Shown here one piece after another: positions 26,360 to 39,643 of a DNA stretch of 64,000 nucleotides (position 1 is its first letter; every line of letters starts with the position of its first letter). The position numbers were made by a program, and so were the translations under genes. The notes under the pieces are model-generated. The model ran no database searches and was not told the DNA's origin. It saw only the letters and a list, made by a program, of their open reading frames with translations. Source of the DNA: Octopus vulgaris (lineage: Eukaryota). The DNA is taken from the NCBI GenBank assembly GCA_951406725.2, contig OX597820.1, forward strand, positions 2,976,001 through 3,040,000, read 5' to 3'.

Positions 26360-26640
26360 CACGTGATCACGTGACCGACCAGACCATCAAATGTTTTACA
26401 CATCGTTGGTCACAATGCGTTCGCATTGTTTTAGCCTTCGAATAATGCCAGCCCGCTGGCTAAGCAAGCAGGCCAACAGAAGAAAGAGTGAGAGAAAGTT
26501 GTGGCGAAAGAGTACAGCAGGGATCACCACCCTCTGCCGGAGCCTCGTTAGCTTTTAGGTGTTTTCGCTCAATAAACACTCACAACGCCCGGTCTGGGAA
26601 TCGAAACCGCGATCCTACGACCACTAGGCCATTGCGCCTC

Positions 26641-26690
<50 letters not shown>

Positions 26691-27519
26691 GTATATGTTT
26701 GTGTGTCTGTGTTTATCCCCCACCATTGCTTGACAACTAATGTTGGTGTGTCTACATCCCCTTAACTTAGTGGTTCGGCACAAGTGACTGATAGAATAAG
26801 TACTAGGCTTACAAAGAATAAATCCTGGGGTTGATTTGTTTAACTCAAAGGCGGTGCTCCAGCATGGCTGAAACAAGTAAAAGAGTTAAACAGTTATATA
26901 CACAATAAATCCAGAAGCTTCAGAAAACAGGTGTCACTGATTCGGATATCCTAAGTCAGCATTTCTTAACCGGGGTTCCCCAGAACCCTAGGGTTTTGCA
27001 AAAGGTTTCTAAGGGTTCCACGAGAAAGAGTGAGATAAGCTAATTCCATGATATATAATTTTATATATAATATATATATCACCGTGATCACCATGACCGA
27101 CCAGGCTATCAGATGTTGCTACACATCGCTGGTCACAATATGCTTAGCATTCTTTTAGCCTTCAAATGACGCCACCCTGCTGGCTAAGCGAGCAGGCCAA
27201 CAGAAGAAAGAGTGAGGGAAAGTTGTGGCGAAAGAGTACAGTAGCGATCAACCCCCACCCCTGCTGGAGCCTCGTGGAGCTTTAAGTGTTTTCGCTCAAT
27301 AAACACTCACAACACCCGGTCTTGGAATCGAAACCATGATCCTACGACCTCGAGTCCGCAGCCCTAACCACTGGGTCATTGCACCTCCACTTTTTAAGGC
27401 AAAGTCGACCTCGGTGGAATTTGAATTCAGAATGTAGCAGCAGACGAAATACTGCTAAACATTTCGCCTGGCATGCTAACGATTTTGCCAGCTCACCTCC
27501 CTGATATATATATATCACT

Positions 27520-28065
27520 TTGATCACCTTGACCGACCAGTCCATCAGGCGTCCATTTGACACGCTGGTCACAGCACGCTGTCCACTCCTCTCTGGATCG
27601 CGCCTTTCTCATCCACGTGATCCCAATCGTCCTCCTGAAATCATCACTCCACCGTCGTGGAGGTCTTCTGGGTGGTCTTTTCCGCTCATGCGGGTACCAC
27701 TCGACAACTGCGTGTGTCCACCAATTATTGGTGAGCTGGGCGACGTGTCCAGCCCTTCTATACTTACTGCGAGTATACTCTGTGATGACATCTCTCACGC
27801 CGGACTTCTTTCTGATGATCTTGCTACTTATGTGCTCTCTCAACGAGATACCAAGCATTGACCTTTCCATGGCTCTTTGAGCCGTTACCAGTCTTTGCTC
27901 TTCTCTCTTTGTGGTAGCTCATGTTTCACTACCATATAACATTGCAGGCAGAACTGCACTGTTAATGAGGTTGGCGCGGGTGGTCCTGTCCAACCTTCCA
28001 TTGAACGCCTTCCATCCGGCCCTTACTCTCCGTGAGATCTCCTTTTTGATATCCCGGCACATATT
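27520..28065 (-). mobile_element. 5'-truncated RTE-clade LINE (RT C-terminus)
   Basis: MERSMLGISLREHI...AGHVA...W.P..RKRP..RPPRRWSD; upstream LPAMLYGSET.AT motif. Confidence 0.85.
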
Positions 28066-28086
28066 TACTTATATGTGCCGGGATAA

Positions 28087-28130
<44 letters not shown>

Positions 28131-28269
28131 TAGTAATGCAATACGAGAGTATTGCCTTTCCAGTAAAGAATATTACGTTCGCTATTTCCAGTAAATATCG
28201 GTACTTCGTTGTGCCATATATTTACTTCTATGTATATATATATATATATATATATAAAATAATTAACAG

Positions 28270-28504
28270 ATATAGGGTAAAAAATTATTTAATAATTAAT
28301 AAATCTTATCAAGTAGTTTTTGTATAGGAAAAAAAAACAATTGTCGGTAAAAACTTGTACGAAAAGTTTTTTTATATAATTATAAATAAAATTAGGGCTT
28401 AGCAACAAGTTGCTTCACCATATACCGAAAATTTTGAATTAGCTGTCTTTTGGCTGCTATTTCTAAATTTTTGGTATATGGTGAAGCAACTTGTTGCTAA
28501 ACCC

Positions 28505-28510
<6 letters not shown>
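28270..28510. mobile_element. Penelope-like fold-back element (hairpin ~28389-28510 plus tail)
   Basis: Arms ttagcaacaagttgcttcaccatatacc and ggtatatggtgaagcaacttgttgctaa; embedded in (TA)n. Confidence 0.7.
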
Positions 28511-28566
<56 letters not shown>

Positions 28567-28622
28567 GTAAAACGGTGAGATAACAAAAGAAAGAAAGAGA
28601 CCTCAATATAATGTAAATAGCC

Positions 28623-28685
28623 AGATAACCGAAGAGATGGTGTTGTGGATTTCCACTTCGGCATCTGAAACTCAGAGTTTTATCT
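28623..28685 (+). ncRNA. Hammerhead motif, CCGAAGA core variant
   Basis: agataa CCGAAGA gatg...catc t GAAA ctc-a-gag U U ttatct; stem I is 6 bp. Confidence 0.55.
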
Positions 28686-28719
28686 TGACTATCGAGTAAT
28701 GTAACATATTATTGTATAG

Positions 28720-28796
<77 letters not shown>

Positions 28797-29029
28797 CATA
28801 TATACACACACACACACACACCATGTGAACTCTGATGAAAAAATTATGAGAAAGATATGGTATATAATTTTTTTTTGTGCAGGGGCTCCTTGAGACATGC
28901 AATATATTTTAAGGGTTATGCAAGGGTAAAAAGGCTGAGAAACACTGCTCTAAGTATTTAACATTTTATTTCATATCAGTATCTGCCAGAAGGGGACCCT
29001 AGTGCACACAGCGTCATGGTTGGGACACA

Positions 29030-29251
29030 ATAGCATGAAATTTAATATCCAAAAAATCCCTCACGAAGATATATATGTCAAAATAATATTGTATTAAAAA
29101 TATATGTAAATATATGAAACACGACAGCTTAAAAATTTGTTAATTAATGCATCTTACGATCGTTTAACAAAAGTATTGTCATTATAATGGAATCCATCGT
29201 TGACATATATATCTTCGTGAGGAATTTTTTTGATATCAAATTTCATGCTAT
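29030..29251. repeat. Inverted repeat, ~52-bp arms and ~120-bp spacer
   Basis: atagcatgaaatttaatatcc...tcacgaagatatatatgtcaa versus ttgacatatatatcttcgtga...gatatcaaatttcatgctat. Confidence 0.75.
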
Positions 29252-29704
29252 CATTTCAAAAAACAGTTTATATAATCACTCATATTAAAAGTCTAAATAC
29301 TTTATAGCATTAATACTTTTGACATTTTATACAAAGAGCACTCATTATAAATGCAGTTTAGTATAATATTCTAACAGACTATATTTAATTAATGGTACGA
29401 CGCAATATACATAAACTATAAAGTAGATATATAAACAGGGCTAATTTGGCCCTTTTTCTATAGACTGAAAAAGGCACACGATGCTGATGCTGATAATGAC
29501 ATACATACATATTATGCATCATCATCATCATCATCATCATTTAACATCTGCTTTCTATGCTGGCATGGGTTGGATGGTTTGACTGGAACTGAAAAGCTGG
29601 AAGGCTGCACCTGGTTCCAGTCTGATTTGGAATGGTTTTCTACAGCTGGATGCCCTTCCTAATACCAACCACTCCAAGAGCGTAATGGGTGCTTTTTATG
29701 CATC

Positions 29705-30010
29705 ATCATCATCATCATCATCGTTTAGCGTCCGCTTTCCATGCTAGCATGGGTCGGACGGTTCAACTGGGGTCTGGGAAGCCAGAAGGCTGCACCAGGC
29801 CCAGTCTGATTTGGCAATGTTTCTACGGCTGGATGCCCTTCCTAACGCCAACCACTCCGAGAGTGTAGTGGGCGCTTTTTACGTGCCACCGGCACGGAGG
29901 CCAGTTGGGGCGGCGCTGGCAACAGCCACGTTCGAATGGTTCTCTTACATGCCACCGGTACTGGTATCACAGCTACAATTTCTATTGATGTTGATCATTT
30001 TGATTTTGAT
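29705..30010 (-). mobile_element. (GAT)n-tailed SINE family with variable internal ~60-bp modules (representative copy)
   Basis: tggcacgtaaaaagcacccactacactctcggagtggttggcgttaggaagggcatccagc...catgctagcatggaaagcggacgttaaacgatgatgat; more than 15 copies between 21 and 61 kb. Confidence 0.8.
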
Positions 30011-30104
30011 ACATATACAATCATATATACATACATATACACACATATATATACACATATACACACATATATATACACATACATATATACATATATATTG
30101 TTTC

Positions 30105-30305
30105 TAGAATAAGAATAGGATGAAGTTCAGAGAGCTACTACTTCTGATGGCAACACAAGGACTCTCACTCAGAGTGAAAGGTAGATTGTATGATACTTGT
30201 GTGAGAACGGTTAGACTACATGGTAGTGAGATATTTGCAAAATTGGAGTCAATGAACGACAAAGCAGAACTGTGTTGAGTATAAGAGGGATTAAATGTAG
30301 AACGC
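30105..30305 (+). mobile_element. RTE-clade LINE fragment
   Basis: RIRIG.MKFRELL...GLSLRVKGRLYDTCVRTVRLHGSE. Confidence 0.7.
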
Positions 30306-31013
30306 TGATGCCAGTGCTGCCTGACTGGCACCTGTGCTGGTGACACATAAAAGCACCCACTACACTCTTGGAGTGGTTGGCATTAGGAAGGGCATCCAGC
30401 TGTAGAAACCTTGCCAGATCAGATTGGAGCCTGGTGCGGCCTCCTGGCTTACCAGTCCCCAGTCAAACCATCCAATCCATGCCAGCATGGAAAACGGACG
30501 TTAAATGATGATGATGGAATGGGAGCCAGACAGGTGGACCTGGAATCGACCACATTCGGATGGTGCTTTTTACGTGCTACTAGCATGGGAACCAGTCACG
30601 GGACACTGACCCCAGCTATGATATTGGTTTTACTTGACTCAACAGGTCTTCTCAAGCATATCATGTCACCCAATGCGCCAGGGGTATCCTTAACAGAGAC
30701 GGACATGCAAGGCTGTGATCTCACTGTAGTTGCTGGGCTTTCTCAATCGCAGCATGTCTCCAAAGGTCCCAACCTCCTGTCATTGCCGCTGTGAAGCCTG
30801 ATGTTTGAAGGTCATACTTTATATATACATATATAAAACATGTAATGCTAATAAACAGCTTTATACAACAAAAATATAATTCTGAAACTGGATCAAGACA
30901 TTAAAAATAAAGAGAATACAAAAAAAAAAAAAATTAAATTAAATCCTCTTTTACAAATTGTAAGACTTACTGGCATGACACTGGCAATGGCTACAATTGT
31001 GTAATCATATATA

Positions 31014-31293
31014 TAATTATAAATAAGGGCAAAAGACAAATTTCCTATGTTGAGAAATAGACTTTAAATTGTCAATCACCACACACAATATACATCAGCA
31101 GAACGTGTAGTCATAGTGATGTATATTGTATGTGGTGACTGACGGTTTAAAGTCTATTTCACAGCATTTTGGCACAGAAATTTTTTCTTTTGCCCTTGTT
31201 TATAATTGTTTATAATTTTCACCTTTAAAGGTATTTTAATATGCTGGCCACTCGATGAAATTTTTGTAAAAAAATTTTATCCTATATTAGAAG

Positions 31294-31295
<2 letters not shown>
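31014..31295. mobile_element. Fold-back element (hairpin 31014-31207 plus tail) next to (CA)n
   Basis: ~85-bp imperfect inverted arms with a 19-nt loop. Confidence 0.6.
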
Positions 31296-31344
<49 letters not shown>

Positions 31345-34300
31345 TTATAAAACATTATAAAGCTGAAAAATTGTCCAAATAACTAAAGAGAAACTGTAAT
31401 TAATCAAAGGTATTTCTTTTTCTTCCCCCAGGGTCATTTCCAGCAACTGAAAACTGCCAAGAAAGGAACACAACCTGGCATAGCTGTCTACTCCAAAAAG
31501 GTCAAAAATTCTAGTCTTCTGATAAATTTGTGATCAAAAGAACTTTATGAGGGCAGGCCTGGCTGGGTGGTTAAGAAGCTTGCTTTGCAACTGTGTGGTT
31601 CTGGGTTCAGTCCCATTGCAAGGCACCTTGGGCAAGTGTCTTCTACTATAACCCTGGGTCGACCAATGCCTTGTGAATGGATTTGGTTGATGGAAACTGC
31701 ATGGAAGCTTGATGTGTGTGTGTGTGTGCCTGCCTTTGTGGTTGGATTTGTCTTGTCAGCATTGCTTGACAACTGGTGTTGGTTTGTTTACACTCCTGTA
31801 ATTTTAGAGGGCCTGTAAAACAAACCAATAGAATAAATATGAGACTTTTAAATAAAGAAATTAGTACTGAGGTCAACCCAGTGCTCCAGTATGGCCGTTG
31901 TCCAATGACTCGAACATGTAAACAATAAAAATATATGTGAGACATCTTAAGCTCCAATTTAAGACAAAAATGAGAGACATGTTTACCGTTTAATATCAGT
32001 TTAGATTAAAAACTTTGTGGTCGATACGATCCCCTGGGGGTAATGGTAGATTTTATATGGGTCCAGGAGGGAAAGGACGCAGTTGGCAACAGATGCTTCC
32101 GTTAATTGCTTAATTTTCAAGAATATTTTCAATTTGTTGTGAATCATCTGGTAATACTGATTTCAAATTTTGGCACAAGGCCAGCAACTCTTGGGCGGGG
32201 GAAGCAGTGAGTAAGTCGATTACATCAACCCCAGTACTTAACTGGTACCTGCAAAGGATAAAAGGCAATGTTGATTCCAGTGGAATTTGAACTCAGAACA
32301 TGAAGACCAATGATGAAAGGCTGCTAAGCATTTCGCCTGGCATGCTAATGGTTCTGCCGGCTCACCACATCATCTGGTGATATTTCTAGCAAAAAACAAG
32401 AGGATGATTTGGCAGAAATTGGTAACACCCTGGACAAAAATACTTGGCAGCATTTTGCCTGTCTTTCCATTCTGAGCTCAAATTCCACTGAGGTCAACTT
32501 TGCCCTTCATCAATACGAGGTCAATAAAAACAAAATAAGTATCAGTTAAACACGTAAATATTGCTCCCACCCCTAAAAATTGCTGGCCTTGTGCCAAAAT
32601 TTGAAACCAGTATAACTAGTCCGAAATAAGGCAGTGAGCTGGCAGAATCATTAGCAGACAAAATGGTTTGTGGCATTTCATCCATCTTTATTTTCTGAGT
32701 TCAAATTCTGCTGAGGTCAACTTTGACTTTCATCTTTTTGGGATCAATAAAATAAATACCAGTTCCTAATGCCAACCACTCCGAGAGTGTGGTGGGTGCT
32801 TTTTACATGCCACTGGCACGACCGCCAGTCAGGTGGTACTGGCATCGACCCTGCTTGAATGGTGCTTTTTACTTGCCACTGGCATGAGGGCCAGTCGCAC
32901 AGACACAAAAACATATAGAGACACAAAGACACACACACACACATGATAGGCTTCTTTCAGTTTCCATCAACCAGTTACTTTCTTGACCCTGCACAAAAAA
33001 ATTCCAGATCTTGTGCCTATAATAGAAAAGGAATTTTTTTTTATTTGTCAAAATGTCTGACATTCCATTTTATATTTTAATAACATGACTTACATAAGTA
33101 GTCTTTTACTGGTGATCAGCCTGGTGGCAGCAATCATTTGTGGTGTAATTAAGTTTGTTGAAACATAGCAAGGGGCACCGGAAAATGGTGTAAGTAAATG
33201 GCAGAGGCCCTGGACCTTCTGGATTTTGGTGCTCTCCCATGTAGCCAAGAGAAACTGCAAGTGGGAAAATAAACGATTATGGCACGTAAAAAGCACCAAC
33301 TGATCGTGGCCGTTTGCCAGCCTCGTCTGGCAGCTGTGCCGGTGGCATGTAAAAAGCACTCACTACACTCATGGAGTGGTTGGAGTTAGGAAGGTCATCC
33401 ATCTGTAGAAACACTGCCAGAACAGAGCGGAGCCTGGCGCAGCCTCCTGGCTTCCCAGATCCCCGGTTGAACCGTCCAACCCATGCTAGCATGGAAAACA
33501 GACGTTAAACGATGATGATGATGATGATTTTATTATCTTTTACTTGTTTCAGTCATTAGATTGTGGCCATGCTGGGGCACTACCTTGGAGAATTTTTTCG
33601 TAGATTGAATCAACCCTAGAACTTTATATTTTCTTTTAAGCTTGGTATTTATTCTATTGATTTCTTTTGCCAAACCGCTAAGTTACAGGGATGTAAACAC
33701 ACCAACACCGGTTGTAAAGCAGTTGTGAGGGACACACATCATCATCATTGTCATTTAACGTCCGCCTTCCATGCTGGCATGGGTTGGACAGTGTGACTGG
33801 GGTCTGGGAAGCCAGAAGGCTGCACCAGGCCCCAATCTGATCTGGCAATGTTTCTACAGCTGGATGCCCTTCCTAATGCCATCCACTCTGAGAGTGTAGT
33901 GGGTGCTTTTTATGTGCCACCAGCGCGAGGGCCAGTCAGGCAGTACTGGCATCGACCATGTTTGAATGATGCTTTTTACATTCCACTGGCACAGGAGCCA
34001 CTCACACAGACACAAAAATACACAGAGACACAAAGGCACACACACACACATGATGGGCTTCTTTCAGTTTCCGTCAACCAAATCCACTCACAAGGCTTTG
34101 GTCGACCTGAGGCTATAGTAGCAGACACTTGCTCAAGGGGCCAAGCAGGAGGGAACCCAGAACCCTGTGGTTGGGAAGCAAGCTTCTTCCCTCACAGCCA
34201 TGCCTGCACCTAATTATCAACTGTATTTATATTTTTCCATTTGTATTTCTTGGAATATCTCAAACATATGATGGAGGATATGGTTGTATGGTTACGAACC

Positions 34301-34864
34301 TTGCCTTGTAACCACATAGTTCTAGGTTCAATTCCATTGCACAGCACCTTGGGCATTTGTCTTCTACTATGGCCTCAAGCAAGCCAACGGCTTGCGAGTG
34401 AATTTGGCTGAAAAAAAACTGTACAAAGCTATCATGTATATCATCATCATCATCAATTCTTATGTTCACTTTTCCATTCTTGCATGGGTTGGACAGCATT
34501 TATTGAGGTGGATTTTCCATGGCCAGATGACCTTCCTGTCATCAACTTTCACCCGTTTCCAAACAAGGCAATATTTCCCCTCCATGGCCAGACATGTTCT
34601 TGCAGAATACTGAAAACGAATGACACTGCTTGTACAACAGAGACACTCGTTTACAACTACCATGCAGTGTGAAGACAAAGGGACACAAACATATATACAC
34701 TCACTCACACACACACACATTAATATATATATTACTCTTACAAGGTGAAAGGAGCTGTCAACAAATACCTTGTTTCTGCTGTTCTGACAACAGTGCAGCA
34801 TTCGAAAAACTATCATCTTGTTTGTATCATACAATATATATATGTATGTGTATATGCGTGTGAG

Positions 34865-34898
<34 letters not shown>

Positions 34899-35862
34899 AT
34901 GCAAATGGCACCTGTGCCGGTGGCACGTAAAAGCACCTGTTACACTCTCAGAGTGGTTGGCATTAGGAGAGGCATCCAGCCGTGGAAAACCATACCAAAT
35001 TAGACTGGAACCAGCATGCCAGCCCTGGTCAAACTGTCCAACCCATGTCAGCATGGACAACGGATATATGATGATGATGATGTAGCCATATATGTGAGCA
35101 CGTGTGCACACACACACACACACATACATAAACATGTATATATATATATATATATGGTGAGCTTCTTTTAGTTTCCATTTACGAAATCTACTCACAAGGC
35201 TTTGGTCAACCCAGGGCTACCACAGACTTGCACAAAGTGCCATGCAATGGGGTCGAACCTGAAACCATGTGGATGGGATGCCATCTTCTCAACCGCATAG
35301 CTATGTCTGCACCTGCACTTTTGTGTGTGTGTGTGCACATGCAGGTGGTGTGTGAGTATGTGTGTATGAATGCATGTTTGTGTGTGTGTGTGTCGAATGT
35401 GCATGAAAACCCGCAACAGATGCTGATGCTTGCTCTTGTTCTCCTGACAAGCCCTTCAGTAGTTCTATAGTTTCAAGGAACTAAGAGTTTCCCCCCAACT
35501 TGAAAAACAGGGATGGGGTTAGCAAGGCAAAAGGTGAAAAGCATCTCCTGGCCATAAAACAGTGCTTCAGTATTATGTATTCATCTAACTCATGCTCGTA
35601 TGGGGAAACAGATGTAAGACAAAGGCATCATCGTTATTCTTTAACGTCTGCCTTCCATGCTAGCTTGGGTGGGACAGTTTAACAAGAGCCGGCCAGTCAG
35701 AAATCTGCACCAGACTTCTGTGACTGTTTTGGCAGGATAAATGGGATGATTGGGTAAAGGAAGACAGAGTTACAGATGGTGAATGCTTTTGACAACTGCC
35801 CATATTGCCAATATGCTCAGCGCTGGAAAGAGGCGTTGCAAAAGGTGAATCTTGCTTTGTAA

Positions 35863-36180
<318 letters not shown>

Positions 36181-36762
36181 TAAGGGGAAGCGTTCCACAA
36201 AACCATAAACCCAGTCCATGATTTATACTGGGTTCAATAAAAGGCCATGATGACACTAGTGAGATTTGAACTCAGAACATAAACAGCCAGAACAGACACC
36301 AAAAGCCAGTCCACCACCTTGTCTTTTCTCTGGCTGTTGATGTTCTGAGTTCAAATCCTGCTGAGATCAACTTTGCCTTTCATTCTTTTAGGGGTCCATA
36401 AAATAAAGCCCCAGTCAAGTGCTGGCAGCAATCTGATCAACTAACACCCTCCCACTAAAACTGCTGGCCTTCTGCCAAAATCTGAAGAACTTGTTGTTGT
36501 TAAGGTGGTGAGTTTAGCAGAATCTTTGGCAGGGTGGGCAAAACACTTTGCAGCATTTTGCTTGTCTTTATGATCTGAGTTCAAATTCCACCAAAGTTGA
36601 CTTTGTCTTTCCTTCTTTTGGGGGTCTATGAAATAAGTACCAGTTGAATGCTAGGGGTCAATGTAATCAATTTGTCCCCTCTCCCCAAATTCCAGGACTT
36701 GTGCTTATAGCAGAAAGCATTATTATTATTATTGTTGTTGTTGCTGTGGATATTATTATTAT

Positions 36763-37270
36763 TGAGTGAGAGAGCAGTGCATGCCATCAAAGTGACACTT
36801 GGGTACAAATATACAAAGCCCAGTATACCCATCATGACTACTCATCTGATAAGGGTACACCAGGCACATGCATCACAACCATATGTGTGTGACATGATCT
36901 CATATCAAGATAAACAGCACATGATCTTGCAAGTGGGGCCCAGTTAGAATTTTCTTCTGATCGAGTAACCCATCCCACTCAAAAGGTCCCTGAATAAGGA
37001 TTGTTTAAGGATGTTGAACGAACCACCCATGTTTCCAAAGGTGACTTATCCAAACCTCCAAGAATCCCTCTCAACACATGGCTATGATGCTTCCCCACTA
37101 CTTCTGCTCGTGATCAGAGATGCACATATTGTCAGCCACTAAGGGACATGCTCCACTGTCAAACAACTGACAAGCAAATCTGTGGTATTGAGCAGAATAT
37201 TTGCTGTAGTCCATCTTTTATACCAAGACAAAACAATGTACATGATAACACTTCCAATCAGTTAAGATCA
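36763..37270. mobile_element. ~510-bp non-coding interspersed element flanked by (ATT)n
   Basis: Unique-looking block bounded by ATT repeats on both sides; class not identified. Confidence 0.45.
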
Positions 37271-37310
37271 TTATTGTTGTTATTATTATTATTATTATTA
37301 TTATTTCAAA

Positions 37311-37345
37311 CTAGCAGAGATACTCGGCGTTGCTTGGGGTTAAAA
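37311..37345 (-). mobile_element. Helitron 3'-end fragment
   Basis: Minus strand ccccaagcaacgccgagtatctctgCTAG|t, similar to the 51.5-kb end. Confidence 0.55.
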
Positions 37346-39643
37346 TGACAGTTTTTTTATTGTTTTACTTCGTTTCAGTCATGTGACTGCAGCCATGCTG
37401 GAGCACCACCTTTAGTCGAACAAATCGACCCCAGGATTTATTCTTTGTAAGCCTAGTACTTATTCCATCGGTCACTTTTGCCAAACTGCTAAGTTACAGG
37501 GGACGTAAATACAGCAACAGTGGTTGTGAAGCAATAGTGGGGGTACAAACACAGACACACAAATACATACATATATTTGTATACGACGGGCTTCTTTCAG
37601 TTTCCGTGTACAAAGATCAGGAGGGTAGAGCCATTTAAGAAAGAGATAAATCAAATAATTTCTAAAGATCATTTGAAACAATATTGTCTTATTGTATAAA
37701 GTTAAAAATTTAGGGTAATCAAGAAGATCATTAAGAATGAAATTTTAACGAAAGGATAAAACTTCTTTGAATATTTTGAGTAGATACCAACGTCGCCTTA
37801 CTGGCTCCTGTGCCAGTGGCATGTGTAAAAAGATTCGAGCGAGGTCATTGCCAGTACTGCCTGACTGGCCCTCGTGCCGGTGGCATGTAAAAAGCACCCA
37901 CTACACTCTCGGAGTGGTTGGCGTTAGGAAGGGTATCCAGCTGTAGAAACTCTGCCAGATCAAGATTGAGGCCTGGTGCAGCCATCTGGTTCGCCAGCCC
38001 TCAATCAAAATCGTCCAACCCATGCTAGCATGGAAAGCGGACGTTAAATGATGATGATGAATAGAGGGAAGAAAAGAAAATTTTCTTTTAGGATTTTATA
38101 TATATAGAGATTATCATTGCCATCATTATTATTTTTTCTTTTGGAAACCTGTAACTAACGCCACTATTGATCAGAAGATTTATAATAGAAATAAATATGG
38201 AGAAAACCTAAGTGGAAGATATTGATTAGCCATCAGGCTTGACCTTCAGTGATTGATCAGAGAGCAGGGCTATTATATAAGGACATTGATGATAACTGTA
38301 GTCAAGAGAGATATCATCGGAGGGAATAGAAATGCATACAATAGAGAATATATCATAAACAGACAGCTGCAAGAAATTATATATCATCATCATCATCATC
38401 GTTTAACGTCCGCTTTCGATGCTGGCATGGGTTGGACGGTTCGACCGGGGATCTGGGAAGCCAGGAGGCTGCACCAGGCTCCAGTCTAATCTGGCAGAGT
38501 TTCTACAGCTGGATGCCCTTCCTAACGCCAACGACTCCAAGAGTGTAGTGGGTGCTTTTTACATGCCACTGGCACAGGGGCCAGAGGGGGCTGGCAACAA
38601 CCATGATCGGTTGGTGCTTTTTACGTACCACCGGCATGGAAGCCAGTCAAGGTGGCGTTGGTATCAGCCATGTTCAATTGGTGCTTTTTATGTGCTACTG
38701 GCACAAGGATCACTACTACAATTTCCATTTGATCTTGGTTTTGATGCACTTGACTCAATAGGTCTCCTCAAGCACAGCATGTTGCCCTACGATCCAAGGT
38801 ACTTTTGAGTGGGCTGGTTGTGTGACACTGGTGTAGGTTACAGCTGTGAACTCACTTTATTTGCCAGGTCTTCTCAGTACCATACAAGTGAGATCGTTGC
38901 CAGAGCAACAAGCTGGCCTCCATGCCAATGGCACATTAAAAACACCATTCGAGTGTGATCATTGCTTGCATCGCCTTACTGGCACTTGTGCTGGTGGCAC
39001 ATGAAAAAACATTTGAGCGAGGTTGTTGCAAGTGCCGCTGGACTGGCTCCTGTGCAGGTGGCACATAAAAAGCACCATTTAAGCGTGGCCGTTGCCAGTA
39101 CCGCCTGACTGGCCCTCGTGCCAGTGGCACGTAAAAGCACCCACTACACTCTGAGTGGTTGGCGTTAGGAAGGGCATCTGGCTGTAGAAACTCTGCCAGA
39201 TCAGATTGGAGCCTGGTGCAGCCATCTGGTTCGCCAGACCTCAGTCAAATCGTTCAACCCATGCTAGCATGGAAAGCGGACGTTAAACGATGATATATAT
39301 ATATAATGTTTTATAGCCCTTTTTCTATGTGTGTAAAGTGGATGGTGTTAGGAAGAGTAACCCTTCTAGTCTAACAAAACACCTGTCAACAACAAGGGTA
39401 ATTTTTTATGACTTTCCATTTGTTTTCCTTTCTTTTGATTTATTTTATAGGATACAAACCCTTTGATTGCAAAATTAAATTTCACTCAATACATCTCAAC
39501 AGAAAATAGTTTTATACATGACATTCCCCGTTTTTAAAAGTGCTTTCTGCAATTAAGATTAAAGAAATTTTGAGTGGTTATATCCAACTTCTGTAGTGAA
39601 AGGACTAATCTATTTTGTTTTATATCAATGATTGTATAAGACC

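Larger units (their letters stand above)
26957..28947. mobile_element. hAT-type MITE split by ~1.8 kb of nested insertions
   Basis: Ends cagcatttcttaacc and ggctgagaaacactg; flanks tcctaagt and ctctaagt (degenerate 8-bp TSD). Confidence 0.6.
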
